Positions 38,521 through 51,899 of a stretch of 64,000 bases of DNA are shown here, piece by piece. Position numbers and translations under genes: made by a program. The stretch is from Haplodiscus bocki. Its lineage: Eukaryota. The notes below the pieces were generated by a model that saw nothing but the letters and a program-made list of their open reading frames with translations, was not told the origin of the DNA and ran no database searches. Position 1 is the stretch's first letter. Every line of letters begins with the position of its first letter. Where the stretch lies: the NCBI GenBank assembly GCA_965655095.1, contig OZ296655.1:67022001-67086000 (forward strand), written 5' to 3'.

Positions 38521-41500
38521 TTTGATTTCATTTCTTGAATATGGCGCAAAATAATAGTGCCATAAACTTTCAAAAATAAAACTTTCAAAAACAAGTGGAA
38601 CGCAGCATTTAATCAAAAACTGTTCGAAAAGCATCTTTTTGCATTGCAGAAAAATTATTGACTCCAGTTGATTGCCAAAACCTTGACCAAAACAGTTTTG
38701 GATTTTTAAGTCTATATGAAACAATTAACCGAGAATAAAATTTGTCGAAACGGCTTAGATCTCCTATAACGGAATAAAGACTTTCAATCTGCTTACTCAG
38801 AAGTCTAAATTGTCCACTGACTTTCTGATAGCGTGGTTATATGCTTCACAAGAAACGTAAGTTGGAGCTGATGTCTTGAAAAAAAGATTTTTTGACAAAA
38901 AATCATTGAAGTTTTCGATAATAACAAGTGGAACGCTGCAATTGTTCAAAAGTTGATCGAAATCATCTAATTGTAATTCCCAAAGAGCAATTGGTTCCAG
39001 CTGATTCCTAGTTTTACGACACAAAATGTTTTGGATGACGAAATCTGTTTTGAAGCATTTGTTTATCAAAAAACCGGTTTTTCTTCCTGTAATTTTTTTC
39101 CTCAAACTTCCCTTTGAAATCAAAAGAAGGCCTGAGAATTCAGTCAAGTCACTTGCCCCAATTTCTGGCGCGCAAAATGGAGATCAAGTGAATGTCGGGT
39201 TCATGAGACATGAAACTCCGTACTGAAAGTTCAGTTTATCAATTTTCTGAATGAATTTTTTACACCACGTTTCTGGAGCAACATTAATGCACCACAAAGC
39301 TATCAATCTGCCCGTGAATTTTGAATCAGAAGACAAAAAATGTGACAAACCGAAAAGCTTGCAAGGGGAATTTAGTATTTGCTCAGAGGTTGAAATGGTT
39401 CGCGAGAAACCGAGTGAGATAACATACAATTAACTTGACTGTGACACTGGAAAATTTGGAGGAAAAGGTCTTTTTCAATTGACTTCTTTATGAAACTGCC
39501 AATAAAAGTAAGTGAAAATTCGCAGGTCTTCAATAAGATCTCAAAGGTTTCTTGTCTTTTTGGATGAAGAGAATCATGACTACAGTTTTTTTGTTGAAAA
39601 CATTTTCATGACATACATCCAATAAAACTAGATGGAACAACAGATACTTTTTTTATGGCTTCTATGTTTCTTGTTTGTTTTTCTCAAACAAAGTTGAACT
39701 TATTTGAATGCTGAGTTGTTGAGGAATACTGTTTTCGCTTCGGAAATCTGTGTGATAGTTTGCAGTTTTTAGCCTTATCGAAAAGAAGACTTAACCAAAA
39801 ACTTTTGCATGGAGCAAAGGTTTTCAGTCGGAAGTTCAATGCTTGCTTAGATGACAAAAAATCCATTTAATTCCCAGTTCAGCTAAATTTTTGTCGTCAT
39901 CAGAGTTGAAGTGCAGCCAGTTTCCAAGGAAAGCAGTTTTTTCTCATAAGTTCTCTCTGTATCAGATAAGGGACAACTGAACACGGCAGATGCTCGATAT
40001 GTTATCAAAGTTTCTGAGCAAGTTTTTGTTAAGAGAAATGGATTTCGGTTGAACACTTGGTTCTTGAAACTTACCATTTTGAACATAAAAAATCCGTGTG
40101 TAAATTAGCAGTTTTCTTCTTTACCGTATCGAAACCTAGTCAAAGGTTGTTGGATTGTCTCCAAGCTTAACAAAGCTTCCGACCGAAATTTTATGTCTTA
40201 TCTGACTACAAACACAGCTGTCGCAAACTGGAGTGAGATAAGCTACATTTGTATAGATTGTATATATGAAACTTTTTTTCGATTAAATAAACAGTCTTTG
40301 CTAATTTTAGTCAAGACCATTTCGATATAACTAAATTGAACGTGGAGATACATAATGTTGTTCCATAACACTTCTACCTGTTTTGTTAGCAAAACTGACG
40401 TTTGCCGACTACTGGGTTGTTGATATCTATCGCCTTCAATTGACAAATTAGTGTTGAAAATTGCATGTTCCACTATTTCACGACTATCTGAGTCAGATCT
40501 CCGTCAGAAATTGTCGGAACGTCTATATCACGCCACATGTTCTCAGTGAGAATCTTAATGCTTGCTCAGTGGACAGAAACATCCGCCATTAACGGAGCTG
40601 ACATAAGTTACATTTGTGACAGCTGTACAAGTTTTTGAAAACCAAAACATATTTTTTCCAATATTCTCTTCAAGGAACTCTCGATGAAAATTGAGGAAAC
40701 TCCGTAGAAGTTCAGAATGGCACCGAAACCATTTGCACCTTTATCTGAAGTGAATCTGACTTTCATTGAAAACGGGTTTTTGAGACACATAATTTTCTTT
40801 TGTGAAATCACTGTAAATTGTAGCACTTTTAACTTTTATCCATGAAAACTTACTAAAAGTTTTTTCGATCGTCGTTAATGCAAAAATACTCTACTGTTGA
40901 AAACTTCATGATTCTTCAGCGGTCATAAAAAGTCCGTGGAAATCCTTGTTGACATAGAACACGGTTGTCAATAAAAAAGTAGCATTTTTCCCAAAAAAGC
41001 AAATTTTTTCTCATAGCATAAGTAGATCCTGAGACTTCAAAAGATATTAAATTGAACGCTGCAGATGTTCAATATGATACAGAATGTTTTCAAAACCTCT
41101 CCTGAAGCAAAATTGATTTGTTTTGACTTCAGTTTCGATAAAATGGGTGCAACGCCGTTTTTGTTCATTATTTGTTCGGAAAATCTGCAATTGTATTACT
41201 GAATTAAAAATGACTCCAATTGAATTTCAAGACCTTGAGATTATGTGGTTGGAAAATCCGTGTTGAAAGTTCACTTTCGACCATTCCAAATGAAAGCCTA
41301 ATAAAATGTTTGTGAATCGTCTCTGATTGCCAGAAAGCTTGCAAGGGGATTTCTAGTGTCTGTTCGCAGGCCGAAAGGGTTCGTTAGAAACCGAGTTGGG
41401 ATATTTACACTTGTCTAGACAGTAACACTGAAGCAATTTTTTTATATAAATCATATTTCTCTTGAGTTTTTTTAAATCAAACTTTAGATAAAAGTAAATT

Positions 41501-41763
41501 AAACGGTACAGATGTTGAAAAATGGCACGAAAAGTGTCCAATTGTAATCCAAACATCATGACGTCGGTGGATATGTGGACTCTCGAGATATACCAGTTTC
41601 GAGAGGGTAGCCCGTGTGAATAGATCGAAGTTCGATTATACGTGTGAAATAAATTGGTTGAGATAACGTACGGTTGCTTAGACAGTGAAACTGGAGCAAT
41701 TGCTTTTAAAAATGTCCGAATGAAACTTCCGGTAAAACTAAATGGGAAAGCCGCAGATTCCGC

Positions 41764-43312
41764 TGTCGCAGTATACCCGCGAAGCCTACGGGCATAAAGA
41801 AAGAAAAGGACATCCCCAGACTGCCTGAAAATTAAAAGAAACTAGATCGAAACTTTAGACTTTTCTATTTCCATTCATATTATAATATTGCAGTAATATA
41901 TCATTGCTTTTACATGTAGTTGATACGTATCAAATACAAATCACTCCCTAGTAAATGTTCATGTAGCTTATACTTATACGTATTTTATAAGTAGCACTCC
42001 CGTGTACTGATCCAGATTGGTACGGAACTCTTACGTAACGACCACGTACCTACCTAGTAGCTACACTAGGCTAGAAATGAATATTTTGTTACGTACGCGT
42101 TCCGTCGCTACCGATCTGGTGACGTCACAAAATTTCAACCAATACGCTGTGCTTTTATGCTGTGTCAATTTGGACGAACACGGAACGTCTACGTGGCCAC
42201 CAGATTCATTCTACTCAGTAGCACTGCGGAGAGCAGTGCTACAAGCGGCTACGTAGCCGTTCCGGAACACTTTTCCAAAATGAGGAACCGGCCTGTATTA
42301 ACGAGGAACGGACTAGGAAAAAGCCTAGTTTCGTTCCGAAAGTGGATTAAATTGATGCAATAGTATTACCAAGCATGTAATTATGATTTTCTATGATTAT
42401 TTCAGTGTATTTTACTTAATTTTGGTGCATTTGTCAACACTTTCCTCTTATGGAAAATCTTTTCGATCATTTGTTAATGTTATTATTTATTGTGTCGGCG
42501 CGGGAATAAGCACTTTGATATCCATTTCTGACTGATCAGACCCGTACTTTTTTCGTCGAAAGATGGAAAAGACGCGGTCTGTTAAGGAAGAAATGGACGG
42601 AAAGATGTTTAATTCCCGCCAGAGTCGGCATCTTTCCTTTGTAATTATTATGATCAAAGTACTTTTCTTTACTTTGTACCTTTAATTGGCGTGTAAACAA
42701 TTATGTTTCCCGCCAAGGAAAAGATATAACTAGGAAAAACGAAAGTACTAGGGAGAGATTCTTAATATCACTTTGATTATCAGTTGACTGTACTGATTGC
42801 GACTAGTTGTTCAATGTAAAGAATCGCATTTTTTATTATAATCTCAACTTGATTAACAAATAAAAACTCATTCAGTCTTCATAACTGCGTAGCATTTTTC
42901 CCTTCAAAAATGGCAACATTGTGAAACAAACGAGAATTGGCAGCCGTTACAAGAGAAACACACGAGGAACATCCTAGGAACGGCCATTCACGAAACACGT
43001 CCGTTCCTAGAATTAACGAGGAATATATCACACAGTTTTCTGAGGAGATTGAAAGCAGAATCACTAAAAAACTGTCCCAGGAGTTCAACCGGACAGAGTA
43101 CCGCATTTTGGGCGCTCTGTCTTAATTAGACGAATTTCTCTTGAACCAACAGATACGGACGCATTCCGGAACCGTTCCGGGAACATTCCGGAACACAAAT
43201 GTGGAAAACTAGGGAACGAATGAGGGCGACTCCCAGAGTGATCCTCATCCTGAAGCAGGCATCTTCCGCAGCCGGATTACACAAAACTCTGGCCCAGAAG
43301 TTGCACGTGACA
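41764..43312 (+). mobile_element. Solo LTR (1549 bp), probably Gypsy-type
   Basis: Ends TGTCGC...GTGACA (TG..CA with a short inverted terminus); 5-bp flanks TCCGC and TCCTC (one mismatch); internal AATAAA at 42859; it interrupts a CUB-like module. Confidence 0.8.
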
Positions 43313-44299
43313 TCCTCAAAGTTTCTAAAGATATTCAGTAAAAGGAGACGCAAGTTTAACATTTTGGAAAACTAAATCGCTGCTGGATATCGCTGATGAA
43401 AATCCATGGATAGTCGAACATGAAATTGTAGAGCCTGAGGTTTTTGAACGAGAAAACATTAGACCAAAAACTAGCGTCGTATCACGGCTGTTTTATTGAA
43501 TTAGATACCTTTAATCAACTAGTAAAAAAAGGTTGACGCAAGACTTGCCGCTGGCTTAAATGTACCTAATCGCAGTTCAAGAAGAAATTTGGAACTGCTT
43601 TTGAAGGGCTAGCAAAGTTGTAACCAGCCTCTCTTAATATTAGATCACAGTCCAGCAAGAAAAGTATATGAGAATTTTAGGAGGAGGCGCAATGGCATTC
43701 AAAAAAATCAAAAATTAATCGAAGGAAAGAAAACACTAGTCTTCATTTGAAAGTCAACTTGAGGCCCATGTTCCTTTTGCACCAGTAGAACAGAAGGATG
43801 TTTTCACAAAATTGGCAGGGACAAATTAGAAGAAGAAAAAAGATACAACCTCGACTAACGAGCTTCGTGCTAGGTTTGTGCCAAGTACTGTTCAAATATA
43901 GCAAAAAAAGGCAATCAAGAGGAGCTGGAAACCATCGAAGAAAGTTCATGGTTACGGGTAGAAAGGAAAAACGACAAAGTTCTCCTTGACACCAGATTGA
44001 AACTGATTCTGATTTTGGAACTAATTAGTTTGCACCTGATTGTTTTGTACAGCCTTGCTGACAGCGGGGAAAAAAGAAGGCCTCGATTTTCAGTGAAACC
44101 ATGGAAAAAACACTTTTCAATTTTTCGCCGTGACAAAACCTGCTGAAAAAGTACACGCCTAGAAAACTAGATCTGGAGCAACTGCATAGTTCGCCAAACT
44201 ACTGTGATTAATTTTTCCCATTAGAAAAGGAACAAAAAATTCTCGATGAAAGGACCTGTTTAGATAAAAATCAAAATAATGATCGTTTCAGTGACAGTT

Positions 44300-47250
44300 A
44301 ATTTGAAAAATGAGAGGAGTGTTAAGTGCACCTTTTTGTAGTGTGGTGCTCGAAATCATTTTTCCGAGGTTGAGACCAAAATCCTTTTTCTTCGGCATCC
44401 CTTTTCATTAAATAACCTAAACCAGTCTGACTACCTGAAGTGTTTTTGAAGGGTAGAGGAATTTTATCAAAAATGGTTCTGAAAACCTCAGGTATTTCAG
44501 AGTCGCTTTGATTATAAGCAAAACACTTTTCCGTCCTTCAATTCTTAAAAGTTGGTATTTCGTAAGTCAACGTCTGCAAGGTAATTTTTCTCGAATATGT
44601 CACTCAGCGTTATTGTCCTTCTGGTACAGTCTCCACCAATCACGCTCCCTTATTTCAAGAACAGTGAAACTTTTTTTCCTGTTAAAAGTTCCGTCTCGAT
44701 TCTTGGAGCTCAATCTCTTTACTGCCATGTTTGATAGCTTCTTCAGCGAGACATGGACGTACTTTTCGACAAGAGCAAAAGTGATGAAAGCAACTCATTG
44801 CTTCGGCAACAGCTTTGCAAGGCGAGCAAAACCCATCAACACTGAAGCATTCAATTCTTTGCTGTTTCACTGTTGTATAAAAGCTTTCAATTCTACAGTC
44901 TTGCCTTATTCGTTGAAAACAGGAGTTAACCAGTTTTTCAAAAGTACGGGCCTTGTCTTGCCGAAGTGGGATCGTACTTGTCCCGGCATTGTTATCCACT
45001 TGCGTATGAAGATCGTTCAGATTAGACTGAAACATATTGAATAAGGGTATAGTTAGCTAGCATCAATCCCGACAAATGATTCGCTCATGTCTGCTGTTTT
45101 TCGAATAACAGTTTCATTAGCAACAGCTTGACATGTGAAAATGATGAATAGACCACCAAAAACATCTTCCCCATTTCTTCCTTTGGGTGTTTATTTCCCT
45201 CCGTGAAGGAAATTTTTTTTCTATAGTTCTATGTTGGCCAGGTTTGCTAATGAACATTCAAGATTTAATAAATCGATATCTTTGTCGAGGTAAAACGTAG
45301 TCTTTTATGAATTGATTCCAAAGTTGGAACAACATCTTTGTTGTTATGCCAGCGCAAGAAGTCTTCCATCCAACTCATTTGTTCCTGCTTCCATATTTGT
45401 TGCAAGTTTCGGTAATTTTCAATCTGAGTAGGAAGCTGTTTTGATAGTTTCCATTTGTTAACGGCCTATTCTGCGGTCATCCTTTTTTAATAGGTTATCA
45501 TAGTCTTTGTCTTCGACTTCAAGAAGGTTACAGCTACGAAGTTTATTTTTGAAAGCATCATGCAGGTATAATACAGTGCTTGTATTTCTGTCAGAGAGAT
45601 CGAATTTTTCATAGGGAAGAAACTGTTGATTTCCGGAGTCGTGAATGCTTTCGAGAAGGAATCAAGACTTGTTGCTTCGCATGAAACTCCGTATTATCCA
45701 ATAGCTTGAAATTACCGAGTTTAAACGAAATGAACTGGTTTGCTTTTCTCATAACAGTAAGTTCAAAATCTCGTCCGGTAACAAGAATAGGTAACAAAGA
45801 CGTCTTGAATAAATTGAGATCATACTTTGCATTGTTGAAACCAAACACAGATTAAACTTTGCAATAACGTTCCAAAGTCTCCTGGAGATCAAATATTTGA
45901 TCTCTTTGTATCTGTAGGAGCTGAGCAGAGGCACAGTTTTTGCTCGCTGACTCACCTTGATTCATGTCAAATCTTCTAACTTGCTCCTGTCGATTGTTAC
46001 GTTAGAAGTGTTCTTCCAAGATGTTACCCAGTTGAGTTTTTATTCTTGTAGGGGATATCAGGCATTAAGTTTTCCAATTTTACTTTGTTTTGGGCAGCTA
46101 AACTTTCAAGAGCTCTTTTAAAAAATGCTACGAGGGGCCGAGGATCAAAGTCACAAAGAAAACAAAGAAAAATAGTTTCGGTAACTTTGTTTGAGGAAAT
46201 ATACACTTATGAGGCGGTTTGTTTGCCTATTCAACTTGTTGGTTTTGTGTATTTGAATATCTCTTCTTGGAAACGAACCGATTGAAAGGCCTATATTGCT
46301 AAACTTCTGAAGAGTTTGTTACTCATGTTTTTAATAGCAAAAGAGCCCAACTTGTTATAGAGTTTCTGGGATTCTATATATGTTTCTGCGATAAAAATTT
46401 TTGCTTCGTTCACTGCAACCTGCCAAATGTTGCTCCATTTGAATGTTAGATTAATAAACGTGTCACAATTAGGACAATAGATACAGTGGAACTCTGCAAA
46501 ACTGTTTGTCAGAAAAAATAGGTGGTTGTTGTATCTCAGTAGTTGCACAGCTTTTCCGTACTTCTGCGCACTTCGTCTACCAGGTTTTCGAATAAAAACC
46601 CCATCTACGACAGCTATTTTTATAGCAGAATATTGAATGTCAGCAGATCTTCAGCAACTGAAGTTTTGTTCATTGTGGACTCCATAGAACTGATTGGGGT
46701 TAGGCCATCACTTGTTTTGACGAACTGAAAGAAAACTTTTGGAACTTCTCCCAATTTTTTTATTCCGTGAAATGGACATCAAGTGAAAAAAGGCACAAGT
46801 TGTTCTTATATAGCTGTCCTCTGTTCTTTTCAAACCTGGGATAGTTGATTGTGCAGTTCTCAACAAAGTTTTGGTGAAAGCAGAGTCTGTGCAACTTTTT
46901 GGTACGTGTTTGAGTAAAACTGGAAATTTATTTAGGTTTGTCCGTTTGTAGAATCTCCATTTGGTTTTGATCCTTTCTTTACCAGACGACTCGAAGACGT
47001 CAGTGTTGTTGGAAAGACGTCTTGTCCATTGGTTTCGTCGAGTTGTCCTTCGTGCACACAAATTCCGATGGATCCAGCAGACTATTGTTTTCGTGTGCGT
47101 GAAAGGACTTGAATCTTACATCTCTCTTTTCTGCAGAATGAAGCTAACTGCTAAAATATCTTTTTCTGTATGTTTTGGGTTGTTCTAAAGGTGATCGAGT
47201 TTTTTTCTCGACCACTATTGGTGCGTTGAGGTTTTTCTGTCGCATAAATG
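44300..47250 (-). pseudogene. Polinton/Maverick protein-primed DNA polymerase B remnant (C-terminus missing)
   Basis: FGFNNAKYDLNL (Exo II-like, ~45840), VGIDAS*LYPYSM (motif A, ~45060), inserted SVDGFC...EAMSCFHHFC domain, QPRKMISS..L..G..NTPL (~44370) and an N-terminal CPNCDTF Zn motif. No YGDTDS motif visible. Confidence 0.85.
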
Positions 47251-48720
47251 CATAGTTTGCGTCGAGCCCTCCCAACTTCAAAATTCACGAGGAGATGATG
47301 GCATGGAAGCAAATCCTTTGTGAGACTCGGATTATCAACTTCGTTGATGATATGGTCAAGTTCAGCTCTGGCTGTCTTCTTTTGAAAGCCATTTTCAGCG
47401 TTTTTTGTAGTCGTGAGCATGAAAACCTGAAAATTTTCGTAACAAAGATTAGATTAGAATGCAATCTCAGATTTCGCAACTCTGTTCGTCTGGGCTATAT
47501 GGTAATTGATCTCACCCTGGGAAAAACAGGGACAATTATTGGTGTACAGGTTTCGAGCAGAACTTTTTCCTTGTAGGTGCAAGATTAAGCCTTGTGGCTT
47601 GCATTTCACATTTTTCATGAATGACTTTTTCCTTGCGATTAGGAGAGTTCCTCGCAGTGAGGACAACTTAACAGATTAATCCGACGTGAACCTAAAGATT
47701 GTTAGAACTTGACTGTATTAGGGCAGAACAATTATTGACGAGAAAAATATAGCAACTATTAGTGAAGACTTTTTTCCTTTTTTGGAAAGGCCGTAGGAGG
47801 AACGATAGATTGATGTGACCAGTAAAAGAAAGACCATAAAATCCATATATTGTCGTTATTTTGCTGGCTGACTTGTGTGCTTTTCACACATGAAGTTTTT
47901 GATTGTGCTGTTTCTCAGTAAAGGTTCGGGTGAAATGATGTCTTGCAACCCATAGTACCCCTTTCAAAAGAGCAGTCAAAACACTAAAGGTTGTCAGAAA
48001 ATGAAAATCCCCTATGTGTTCATATTTTCTGTTGTACACAACTCGATGACGTCAGTTTTGTTAAAAATATATCTTATCTTTGCCAAGTCACTATTGGTGC
48101 GCACAAATATCGATCGGCTCAGCAGAGTTTTGTTTTCGTGTGTGTGATTATATCTGAATGTTCCATCTTCTATAGTGTTCAGAGTGAAAAAAACGCTAGT
48201 TTCATTTTGGTGCACCTTTTAGGTGGTTCAAATTGTGTCGATTGTTTTGTCGATTTTTGTTTCGTTGAGGTTGTTAATTGCCTAATTGAATGCTTTGTGT
48301 CTCGTTCATTTAGGTTCAAAATTTACATGGAAATGTTAGCATGAACGTAACTCCTCTTTGAAATTCGTATCTTTAATTTCCTCGACGTTTTGTTAGGGAT
48401 CAACATTGTTTGTTTCAGGGAAAAAGCAATGCTGAGTGTTTTTACACTGTATGAAAGCGTAGAAGTTTAAAAACTCCTCAAAAAAAACACATTTGAAAGT
48501 AACATCAGGTTTTGGAGCGCTGTGTGCCTTCGCTATTTCAACATTTATTTCAGAACGCGGAAGTACCTGAGTAACTGAGACGTTCAGTGCAGTACAGGGT
48601 TTCAATGGAACATCTCTTTTTTGCCGACTTGAATTAGTTCCTGAGGTTTGTGTTCCACAAGTTTTGCAACTATTTTTTCCTATTCTAATTGCATGTTTTT
48701 TGAATGAAAAAAAAAACAAT
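47250..48720 (-). pseudogene. Polinton Zn-finger/pPolB N-terminal region, present twice
   Basis: IEDGTFRYNHTHENKTLLSRSIFVRT...NKTDVIELC (48012-48215) is homologous to 46950-47200 (HENN...LVCT...NNTDVFES). Cys/His finger-like remnants at 47480-47620 and 48500-48700. Confidence 0.6.
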
Positions 48721-50900
48721 ATGAAATAAATTTTAGAGTTTTAGCAACTTGACTGTATTAATTCAAAATGTAATGGTGAAACAACTGTTGCAAATGTTGT
48801 TCCGTTTTTTACTATAAATGAGAAGCTTGTTCAATTGCTTACCAAAAGAAACGTTGATTCACTTGACCATGAAAAGAAACTTTGGTTCACACATCTATGA
48901 AGGGAGTTGTCAATCATTTCTTCATGCTTTACAGCCGACTTGCGGTCATGTGCGAAAGTTAGTTGAATAAACTTTTCATCTTCTCAAGCAACGACTTATT
49001 GTGTAGGAAAATTAGATTAGTGGATCAAGTTCCCTGATATGGCGAAAGACTGCCTCGTGTAACCAATCAACTGGAACGAACTCCCTTGATAGAGAGACTC
49101 GTTTTCTGGGGAAAATCCTCCAGTCGAACGCATCAACCCGATTAAGAAACAGGTTGTCTGGGAAAATCAATCTTATAGACTGAGTTCCCTAGACTGGGAC
49201 GTAGCTTGTCTGAAAAACCTAATTCGTGTATCTTTTCCAATTTCGTGTCGACTGCCAATCAAAACCACTTCCATCAAAAAAACAAACTATCAAAATTGCA
49301 TAAAGTCTGTCGTGTAGCGGTTAAAATTTTCCATTTCGTGGAATTATCCACGTAGGTTTTTGCAGTGACTTATCAACCTAATAAGCTTCTAACAACTGAG
49401 TCAAAATCTCACATTTATTTATGAACACAGAACCAGAGAAAATGGATTGTTTGGAACAACAGCGAAGCTGCCGTTGACAGGCGAAGTCCTAAGCCAGTTT
49501 GCATTGCTTCTCTCACTCATAAAATCATTTTGCAATCGTTACTGACTAAAAATAAACGATGTCTGTCAAGAAACAAAATCTCAGTTTCCGCAGTTTGTTT
49601 TGGTTTCACGAAGAAATACTAGAGGTGTGTATAGACAATCATAGCTAGTTTTTTTAAACCACAAATTGTTTGACAATGTTCATATCCAGCATCGGAGAGC
49701 ATGAGATAGCAAAGGCTCCAAAAATTTTACAACCAAAGTATTCCAATTTGCGATTTGAATACAGAGCGGCGTTATTTGCGCCCATAAGGTAAAAAGGTCC
49801 ACTTGAAGAAGTTTGTTCTTGGTCAACAGTTCTGAACGAATTTCATATAGCTTTTGATCAAGTCAGCGAGTGTATGCAGATTCTACAACTGGAGACTGAA
49901 ATTGAAATTCTATCTAGAAAACAAAAGACAATATGGAGAGAAGTATTTGGTAATCGTTACATTTTGAAAACAACAAATCTTGTAACTTTCTCATCAGATT
50001 GTTTTATATACAATCGAATCAATTTCTACTTGGAGAATGTAGCACGCTCAACGGTCGAGAATTTCACCACCTTTAAAAAAAGACTTTAATCACTCCATTT
50101 ACGGCATAGTTGTGCAAAGCTGTCATTGGCTGATGAAACGAGCAAGAACTTCAGTATTTATTCCATTTTATACAAGTTTAGTTTACTTTGAAGCAGCATG
50201 TTTTTCTCAAATTACTACAACGTTGTTCGATAGATTTTTGATTTTGGATCAGATCTTGTAACACTGGCTGTCAAAAATCTCATCCAGGAATCGAAAATGA
50301 GCTCCCAAAATGTCTTCTGCCTGCTTGAAACTTGATTTTGTCTCAACGACAAGTTTTTCTAGAGACAAACAACCAGCGGGAGTTCCAAAAAATAGCAACC
50401 ATCAGGGAAAGGAACACATGATGTAGGAGACGAAGTACTCCCAAGTATATGCATACAACACAAAAAAACAAACGGGTACAACTATTTTGAGCTAGAAGAC
50501 ATTGAGTTACACTGAGAACATCCTGACTTGAACAGGGATACAGTCTTTCGGCCAGGCATGGACACCCCCTTTTCCCCTTCAACTTCAACGGTTTCGAAAT
50601 GGGTTCAATGGTTGAAAATCCGACTTTGATTGACGAAGAGGAAGGAAAAGAGGACTACTCTCCTCCAACAACTCCTGTCTCTGAAACACCAAAACGACGC
50701 ACTGATCTGCTGAGAAGTCGACACTTGGAACAAGGATTGAAAATCTTCGTGATCATTTTAACGAAAATTGCATCAAAGGGTATTACTTTGAGAGTATTTT
50801 CATACAGTTTATAAAAAAATGTAACCTATCATCATATTCCTCTCAAAAATAGTGTGAGACAGGAAAGACATAAAAACAATTTTCGCTTTGTTATGAATAT
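48720..50900. mobile_element. Probable Polinton accessory or subterminal sequence, decayed
   Basis: Contiguous with the pPolB remnant; carries a short acidic/Pro-rich ORF MVENPTLIDEEEGKEDYSPPTTPVSE (50599-50814). Assignment is mostly by position. Confidence 0.35.
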
Positions 50901-51089
50901 TCTCACAAGTAGCTGCTAGTTTCTACAGACATTAAGATTTTTCAGGGGTGAAAAATCAGACACTGCAGCAAAATTGAAACTCAAAGTCCTTGTCGAAATC
51001 AGTAGACGAACTAATGTTTGAACGGTGCTCACTATTATTTAAAAGATGAAGATTTTTTAGGGCTGTTTTTGCTCATGGTGGTTGGATGG

Positions 51090-51560
51090 TTTGGTGAAAA
51101 TTTCTCGCGTCAGAGTCTGACCAGTCGTGATTTTTTTCAAAATCTGATTTTTTCGAAACTTTTTGCGTCAGAATCGTGCTTTTTTGAAAAAGATCCTAAT
51201 CGCGAAATTTGACATTTTTTGGGGATTAAAAAGGCTCAAAGAGTGATTTTCTGTTGGCTTCGTTTCTTTCAAAATTTGTTTTTCGTTGAAAAAAATATCA
51301 AAGCAAAAACTTATGTGCCAAGGTTTTCAAGTCTATTGTCGACGTGTTGTAGCAATTTTACTTCACAATGTGACGCGTTGTAAAAGTTTTAATTCAAAAT
51401 CTAACGCCCTGTAAATTTTTTAATTCAAATTTTGATGCGTTGAAAGAAATTTACTTCAAAAAATGATCGGTGGAACTTTTTTCAGGTCCAAATCTGAAAC
51501 GTGGCCAACCGTTTGTTTCAAATTCTGATTTTCAACGTATTTTTAGAGTTTCACTTAGTT
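51090..51560. repeat. Degenerate ~30-bp tandem repeat (TTCAAAATCTGACGCGTTG-like)
   Basis: Repeated TTCAAAAT(C/G)TGA(C/T)GCG variants at 51360-51540, with reverse copies CGCGTCAGA near 51106 and 51165. Confidence 0.6.
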
Positions 51561-51899
51561 GTCTTGGCTCCGGAGCAGTTTTGGAGTATTGGAAAAAGTC
51601 TGATACTGTGTTGCGGAAAGAGTCTTCTCTATATGTTTATGGCATGTATTTCTTTTCATTCGGGTGTGGGTTAGTGGTGTTTTATTAGTTTTTGCGTTAT
51701 TATTCTTTCTGGAGTTTAAGTTTTTATTTTCTACAAATTAAATTGCTTTTGCACTGCCTTTAGACTTTTACAAAGCTCTTTGGGCTGCAAAAAGGGCAAT
51801 ATTACATTGTGCTTTTCAAAAAAAAGTTTTTGATTTTTTAGTATACTCACCAAAACCCAAAACCATTCAGAAAACATCCTACAATTTTTATCAGTTGCA

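Larger units (their letters stand above)
31660..44300 (-). pseudogene. Decayed multi-CUB-domain-like array with possible C-terminal transmembrane segment, interrupted by TE insertions
   Basis: Minus-strand fragments CFFHGFTENRGLLFSP..Y...CKLI (~44100), MKVRFTSDKGANGFGAILNFY (~40760), FNTD...QGLEI (~41250), YVISLGF (~39420), LFCEEIQKVPVI (~36830), HNRLWIE..RFT (~34590) and DIVSCNWQ (~32325), then hydrophobic LFVTCMIFLLLSNLLASC (~31830). Related nucleotide modules at 34010, 39350, 41335 and 41630. Confidence 0.55.

Noticed and set aside
44508-45044. 178-aa plus-strand ORF
   Set aside because: Antisense shadow of the pPolB remnant.
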